Shown piece by piece: positions 59,582 to 64,000 of a stretch of 64,000 nucleotides of DNA. The stretch is from an uncultured Gemmatimonadaceae bacterium. Lineage in GTDB: Bacteria > Gemmatimonadota > Gemmatimonadetes > Gemmatimonadales > Gemmatimonadaceae. The stretch's first letter is position 1; every line of letters starts with the position of its first letter. Made by a program: the position numbers and the translations under genes. The notes under the pieces were generated by a model, which was not told the DNA's origin, ran no database searches, and saw nothing but the letters and a program-made list of their open reading frames with translations. The stretch spans positions 2,336,001-2,400,000 of the forward strand of contig CAVUDW010000003.1 in the NCBI GenBank assembly GCA_963740355.1, in the 5' to 3' direction.

Positions 59582-60340
59582 ATGAGCATGCTCGAGATTT
59601 CGAACCTGACGGCTACGGCCGGCGACAAGGACATCCTGAAGGGGATCAACCTCACCGTGAACGCGGGCGAAGTGCACGCGATCATGGGCCCGAACGGCAG
59701 CGGCAAGAGCACACTGGCGCAGGTGCTGGCGGGTCATCCGTCGTATGAAGTCACCGGCGGTTCCGTGCTGTTCGAGGGCGAGGACCTGCTCGAACTCGAT
59801 CCAGAGGTGCGCGCCCACAAGGGTGTCTTCCTCGCCTTCCAGTACCCGATCGAGATTCCGGGCGTGAGCAACGCCTACTTCCTGCGCAGCGCCTACAACG
59901 CGATGCGCGTGGCGCGCGGCGGCGAGGAGATCGACCCGATGGAATTTCTCGACGTGATGGAAGAGAAGCTCAAGATCGTCGAGATGGATGACGCCATGCT
60001 CTCGCGCAGCGTGAACATGGGCTTCTCCGGCGGCGAGAAGAAGCGCAACGAAATCCTGCAGATGGCGGTGCTCGAGCCGAAGCTGGCGATCCTCGACGAA
60101 ACCGATTCCGGCCTCGACATCGACGCACTGCGCGTGGTGGCGGAAGGTGTGAACAAGCTCCGTCGTCCGGACAACGCCGCCATCGTGGTGACGCACTACC
60201 AGCGCCTGCTGAACTACATCGTGCCCGACTTCGTGCATGTGCTGGCCGGCGGCCGGATCATCCGCAGCGGCACCAAGGAGCTGGCACTGGAGCTGGAAGA
60301 GAAGGGCTACGATTGGCTCCTGCAGGAGGCATTGGCGTGA
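59582..60340 (+). CDS. sufC: Fe-S cluster assembly ATPase SufC
   Basis: GPNGSGKST, FQYP.EIPGV, FSGGEKKRNE, LDETDSGLDIDA. Confidence 0.97.
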   Translation: MSMLEISNLTATAGDKDILKGINLTVNAGEVHAIMGPNGSGKSTLAQVLAGHPSYEVTGGSVLFEGEDLLELDPEVRAHKGVFLAFQYPIEIPGVSNAYFLRSAYNAMRVARGGEEIDPMEFLDVMEEKLKIVEMDDAMLSRSVNMGFSGGEKKRNEILQMAVLEPKLAILDETDSGLDIDALRVVAEGVNKLRRPDNAAIVVTHYQRLLNYIVPDFVHVLAGGRIIRSGTKELALELEEKGYDWLLQEALA

Positions 60341-61659
60341 GCGTGACGCACTGGCAGGCGGCCTTCGCCGCCCGCGTCGGCACCGATGAACCGCAGTGGC
60401 TGGCTCCGATGCGTCGCACCGCGATGGCATCGTTCAGCGCACTTGGGTTCCCCACGCCGGCGCTCGAGGACTGGCACTACACCTCGTTGTCGTCGATCGC
60501 CGAGGTGCCGTACACCGTGCATGTCGCGGCATCGTCCACCACGGTGGCCGACCTCACGCCGTACATGATCAACGCCGACTGGCCGACCGTGGTGCTGCTC
60601 AATGGCCGGTATTCGCCGGCGTTGTCGTCACTCGATTCACTACCCGCCGGGTTGCTGGTGATGGACCTTGCGCAGGCATGGCGCGAACAGGCTGACCTGG
60701 TGCAGAAGCATCTTGGCACAGTCGCGGTCAGCGAACATGCCATGACCGCGCTCAACACGGGCCTCATGCGCGACGGGGTACTGGTCTACGTGCCGAAGGA
60801 CGTGGCGTCCGACACCCCGATCCACATCCTCCACGTCACCGATGCCGCCGGCGCGTCGTCGGCCAAGTTCCCGCGGACCCTGATCGTGGCCGAACGCCAC
60901 GCGAAGGCCACCGTGCTGGAGAGCTTCGTCGGCCTGGCAGACGTGGCGTACTTCACGAACCATGTGGCGGAAGTGGTGGTCGGTGAGAACGCGACCATCA
61001 CCCACAGCAAGATCCAGCGCGAGTCGGACCTCGCCACACATGTCAGCACCACCGAAGTCCATCAGGCCCGCGACAGTCACTACGTGAACTTCTCGATGGC
61101 GATGGGCTCGAAGCTGAGCCGCACCAACGTCTACACGGTGCTGGACGGCGAGAACTGTGGCGCCACGCTCAATGGCCTCTACCTCGGCAAGGGCTCGCAG
61201 CACACCGATCACCAGACGCGCATCGAGCACGCGCAGCCGAACTGCTTCAGCCGCGAGTTGTACAAGGGCGTGCTGGACGGCTCGTCGCACGCGGTGTTCA
61301 ACGGCAAGGTCTACGTGCATCCCATCGCACAGAAGACCGATGGCAAGCAGAGCAACCATACGTTGCTGCTCTCGCCTGAAGCGAAGATCGACACCAAGCC
61401 ACAGCTGGAGATTTTCGCCGACGATGTGAAGTGCACGCATGGCGCCACGGTGGGTCGCATGGACGAGGCGGGCCTCTTCTACATGAAGAGCCGCGGCGTG
61501 CCAGCCGAGACCGCGCGTCGCCTGCTCACCTATGCGTTCGCGGCCGATGTGCTGGAAACGATCGAGAACGAGACGGTGAAGCACGCCCTCGAGCAGCTGA
61601 CGCTGGAGCGCTACGCTGGCGTCAGTGCCGCACGACACACCGCAGGCCAGCAGAGCTGA
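60337..61659 (+). CDS. sufD: Fe-S cluster assembly protein SufD
   Basis: E.W.YT, FNGKV.V...AQKTD, KPQLEIFADDVKCTHGATVG. Confidence 0.95.
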   Translation: MSVTHWQAAFAARVGTDEPQWLAPMRRTAMASFSALGFPTPALEDWHYTSLSSIAEVPYTVHVAASSTTVADLTPYMINADWPTVVLLNGRYSPALSSLDSLPAGLLVMDLAQAWREQADLVQKHLGTVAVSEHAMTALNTGLMRDGVLVYVPKDVASDTPIHILHVTDAAGASSAKFPRTLIVAERHAKATVLESFVGLADVAYFTNHVAEVVVGENATITHSKIQRESDLATHVSTTEVHQARDSHYVNFSMAMGSKLSRTNVYTVLDGENCGATLNGLYLGKGSQHTDHQTRIEHAQPNCFSRELYKGVLDGSSHAVFNGKVYVHPIAQKTDGKQSNHTLLLSPEAKIDTKPQLEIFADDVKCTHGATVGRMDEAGLFYMKSRGVPAETARRLLTYAFAADVLETIENETVKHALEQLTLERYAGVSAARHTAGQQS

Positions 61660-61661
61660 AC

Positions 61662-62105
61662 ATGTCGGACCTCGACGAGCTCTACCAGAGCATCATCCTC
61701 GATCACAATCGTCGGCCGCGCAACTACGGCGAGCCGGCGAGCTGCAGTCATCACGCGAGCGGGCGCAACCCGCTCTGCGGCGATGAAGTGACCGTCTGGT
61801 TGACCGTCGAGAACGATGTGATCACCGATGTGAAGTTCATTGGACAAGGCTGCGCCATTTCGAAGGCGTCCACGTCGCTCATGACCGACGCGGTCCGCGG
61901 CAAGACGACCGCCGACGCATTGGCGATGTTCGACAAGGTGCACGACCTGCTCACCGGCAAGTCGGACCCGATTGCGGAACGCAAGTCGCTGGGCCAGATC
62001 GCAGCCCTCGGTGGCGTGTCGCGGTTCCCGATTCGTGTGAAGTGTGCCTCGCTGGGCTGGCATGCGTTCCGCAATGCGTTGCTCAGTGTCGAAGCCGCAC
62101 CGTGA
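61662..62105 (+). CDS. sufU: SufU/NifU-like sulfur transfer protein (copy 1)
   Basis: LYQ.IILDH...PRN.G, NPLCGD, GCAIS.AS, RVKCA.L.W. Confidence 0.93.
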   Translation: MSDLDELYQSIILDHNRRPRNYGEPASCSHHASGRNPLCGDEVTVWLTVENDVITDVKFIGQGCAISKASTSLMTDAVRGKTTADALAMFDKVHDLLTGKSDPIAERKSLGQIAALGGVSRFPIRVKCASLGWHAFRNALLSVEAAP

Positions 62106-62137
62106 GCACTGACGTGAGCACTGAAGTGAGCACTGCC
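62102..62137 (+). repeat. 12-bp tandem repeat x3 (GTGAGCACTGxx)
   Basis: gtgagcactgac gtgagcactgaa gtgagcactgcc. Confidence 0.85.
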
Positions 62138-62166
62138 GCGCACGATTGCCCCGAGAGGAACTCCTG

Positions 62167-63393
62167 ATGACATCACTCGCGCCGCGCAGCGATTTTCCGC
62201 TCCTCGCTGACGCGCCAGCGCTGCACTACCTCGACTCTGCCGCCACGGCGCAGAAGCCGCAGGCGGTGCTCGACGCCGTGCAGCACTTCTACACCCACGA
62301 CAACGCCAATCCGCATCGCGGCGCCTACGCGCTCTCGGCACGCGCCACGGAGCGGTATCACGATGCGCGCACCACCATCGCCCGGTTCATCGGCGCCAGC
62401 GATGCGGACACGATGCTGTTCGTCCGCGGCACCACCGAGGCGATGAACCTCGTGGCCTACGGCTGGGGTGATCGGAATGTCGGGCCGGGCGACGCAGTGG
62501 TGGTCACGGCGATGGATCATCACGCCAGCTTCGTCACCTTTCAGCAGTTGGCCTTGCGGAGCGGCGCTGAATTCCGGATCGCCGAGCTGACGGCCGATGG
62601 CCAGATCGACCTCGCGCACCTCGCCACGCTACTCGATTCGCGCGTCAAGCTGGTTGCGTTCCCGCAGGTGTCGAATGCGCTCGGTACCATCAATCCCGTG
62701 GCGCAGATCGTTGCCATGGCCCACGCGGTCGGCGCCATCGTGGTCTGCGATGGTGCGCAGGCAGTGCCGCACCTGGGCGTGAACGTCGAACAACTGGGTG
62801 TCGACTTCTTTGCCTTCAGTGGGCACAAGCTCGGCGGACCGATGGGCATCGGCGTGTTGTGGGGCAAGCGCGCGCTGCTCGAAAGCATGTCGCCGTGGCA
62901 GTTTGGTGGTGACATGATCGAGGTGGTGGGTGATCAGCACACCACCTTCAACACCCTGCCCCATCGCTTCGAGGCCGGGACACCGAACGCCGCGGATGCG
63001 GTCGGACTGGCAGCGGCCTGCGACTATCTCACGTCACTTGGCATGGATGCCGTGCGGGCGCACGAAGTGTCGCTCACGACGCACCTGCTGGATGCGTTGC
63101 GTGGTCTCGATGGCATCCGTATTTTCGGCCCCGCCACGGCGGCTGAGCGAAGTGGCGTGGTGAGTTTTGCCTTCGATGATGTGCACGCCCATGACCTCGC
63201 CACCATTCTCGACGAACATGGTGTGTGCGTGCGTGCCGGACATCACTGCGCGCAGCCCCTGATGCGGCGCCTCGGCATCCCGGCCACTGCACGGGCGTCG
63301 GTGTGGGTGCACTCGACGCCTGACGATGTCACCGCCTTGGTCAGCGCGCTGCAGCACGCCAAGACGTTGTTCGCCGATGGCGCTCTCCGCTGA
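62167..63393 (+). CDS. sufS: Cysteine desulfurase SufS
   Basis: YLDSAATAQKP, DGAQ, SGHK, EAGTP, RAGHHCAQP. Confidence 0.95.
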   Translation: MTSLAPRSDFPLLADAPALHYLDSAATAQKPQAVLDAVQHFYTHDNANPHRGAYALSARATERYHDARTTIARFIGASDADTMLFVRGTTEAMNLVAYGWGDRNVGPGDAVVVTAMDHHASFVTFQQLALRSGAEFRIAELTADGQIDLAHLATLLDSRVKLVAFPQVSNALGTINPVAQIVAMAHAVGAIVVCDGAQAVPHLGVNVEQLGVDFFAFSGHKLGGPMGIGVLWGKRALLESMSPWQFGGDMIEVVGDQHTTFNTLPHRFEAGTPNAADAVGLAAACDYLTSLGMDAVRAHEVSLTTHLLDALRGLDGIRIFGPATAAERSGVVSFAFDDVHAHDLATILDEHGVCVRAGHHCAQPLMRRLGIPATARASVWVHSTPDDVTALVSALQHAKTLFADGALR

Positions 63394-63865
63394 TCCGCCG
63401 CCGGTCCCGGTGGTCGCTTCGGCGCCGCCCGACATCGGCGTGGCGTCGCTCTACCAGGAGATCATCCTCTCTCACTATCGCGCCCCGAAGCACAAGGGTG
63501 TGATCAGCGGGGCGACGGCCGCGGTCGAACATCGGAATCCGCTCTGCGGCGATGTCATGTCGGTCCAGCTCACCTTTGACGGCGACCGGATTACTGACGC
63601 CGCGTTTTCCGCCCGCGCCTGCTCCATCACACAGGCCACCGCGTCGATGCTGCTCGATCGCATCATCGGGGGAACTGTTGCACAGGCGCAGCAGGTCGTA
63701 TCGGACGTGGAGCAGCTCATCGAGACCGCGCAGCCACCGGTCGAGGCCCACGCGGCCGCACTCGGCGACCTTCGCGCTCTGGCGAGCGTCGGACGTTTCC
63801 CGGCACGAAAGGCCTGCGTCCGCCTCGTGACGGGTGCCGTGGCTGAGGCACTATCCTCGCAGTAG
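63377..63865 (+). CDS. sufU: SufU/NifU-like protein (copy 2, divergent)
   Basis: LYQEIILSHY..P, NPLCGD, ACSI, RKAC; start overlaps the end of sufS. Confidence 0.8.
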   Translation: MALSADPPPVPVVASAPPDIGVASLYQEIILSHYRAPKHKGVISGATAAVEHRNPLCGDVMSVQLTFDGDRITDAAFSARACSITQATASMLLDRIIGGTVAQAQQVVSDVEQLIETAQPPVEAHAAALGDLRALASVGRFPARKACVRLVTGAVAEALSSQ

Positions 63866-64000
63866 AGGGTTGTGTACACGTGGCGATTTTGTGACCGCTG
63901 TGATGGGTCACACGTGATACCAGACAAGCGCGAAGTCGGCGTGCTCCGAAACGTCAGTGTACCGGTGCGGCAAGACTTGCCTACCGATCAGTGACGTGTT

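Noticed and set aside
29456..61638. Long antisense ORFs (e.g. 29456-30592, 38920-40719, 57940-59493, 60640-61638)
   Set aside because: These are shadow frames of well-supported genes in high-GC DNA, with no recognisable motifs.

Overview
High-GC bacterial chromosomal window. Gene content and lipoprotein style suggest Gemmatimonadota, but this is an inference. Positions 1-8193 hold an integron whose integrase lies upstream of, and on the same strand as, its cassette array (inverted-integrase arrangement). It has a putative attI at ~6860-6892, nine closely related ~95-bp attC sites and at least ten cassettes, several of them damaged. Next come metal-handling genes (arsR-arsM, a His-rich CDF transporter, and a copZ-copA-csoR operon with two uncharacterised exported proteins), a VapBC pair and a CHAT protease. 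These are followed by housekeeping and metabolic genes (thiolase, pgm, deoC plus a two-domain ALDH, an ECF sigma/anti-sigma/PDZ operon, RNase D, ferredoxin) and a sufR-sufBCD-sufU-sufS-sufU operon. The best candidate for an undescribed system is at 53656-56215. A 68-aa lipoprotein-type precursor ending in two copies of VPTIPW[F/H] sits tail-to-tail with a cytoplasmic TPR protein and head-to-head with a pseudo-receiver/AraC regulator. This resembles an RRNPP/Rap-Phr-like peptide signalling module in a probable diderm. Several single-base frameshifts may be real decay or assembly errors. All family assignments come from motif recognition by eye, not from database searches.
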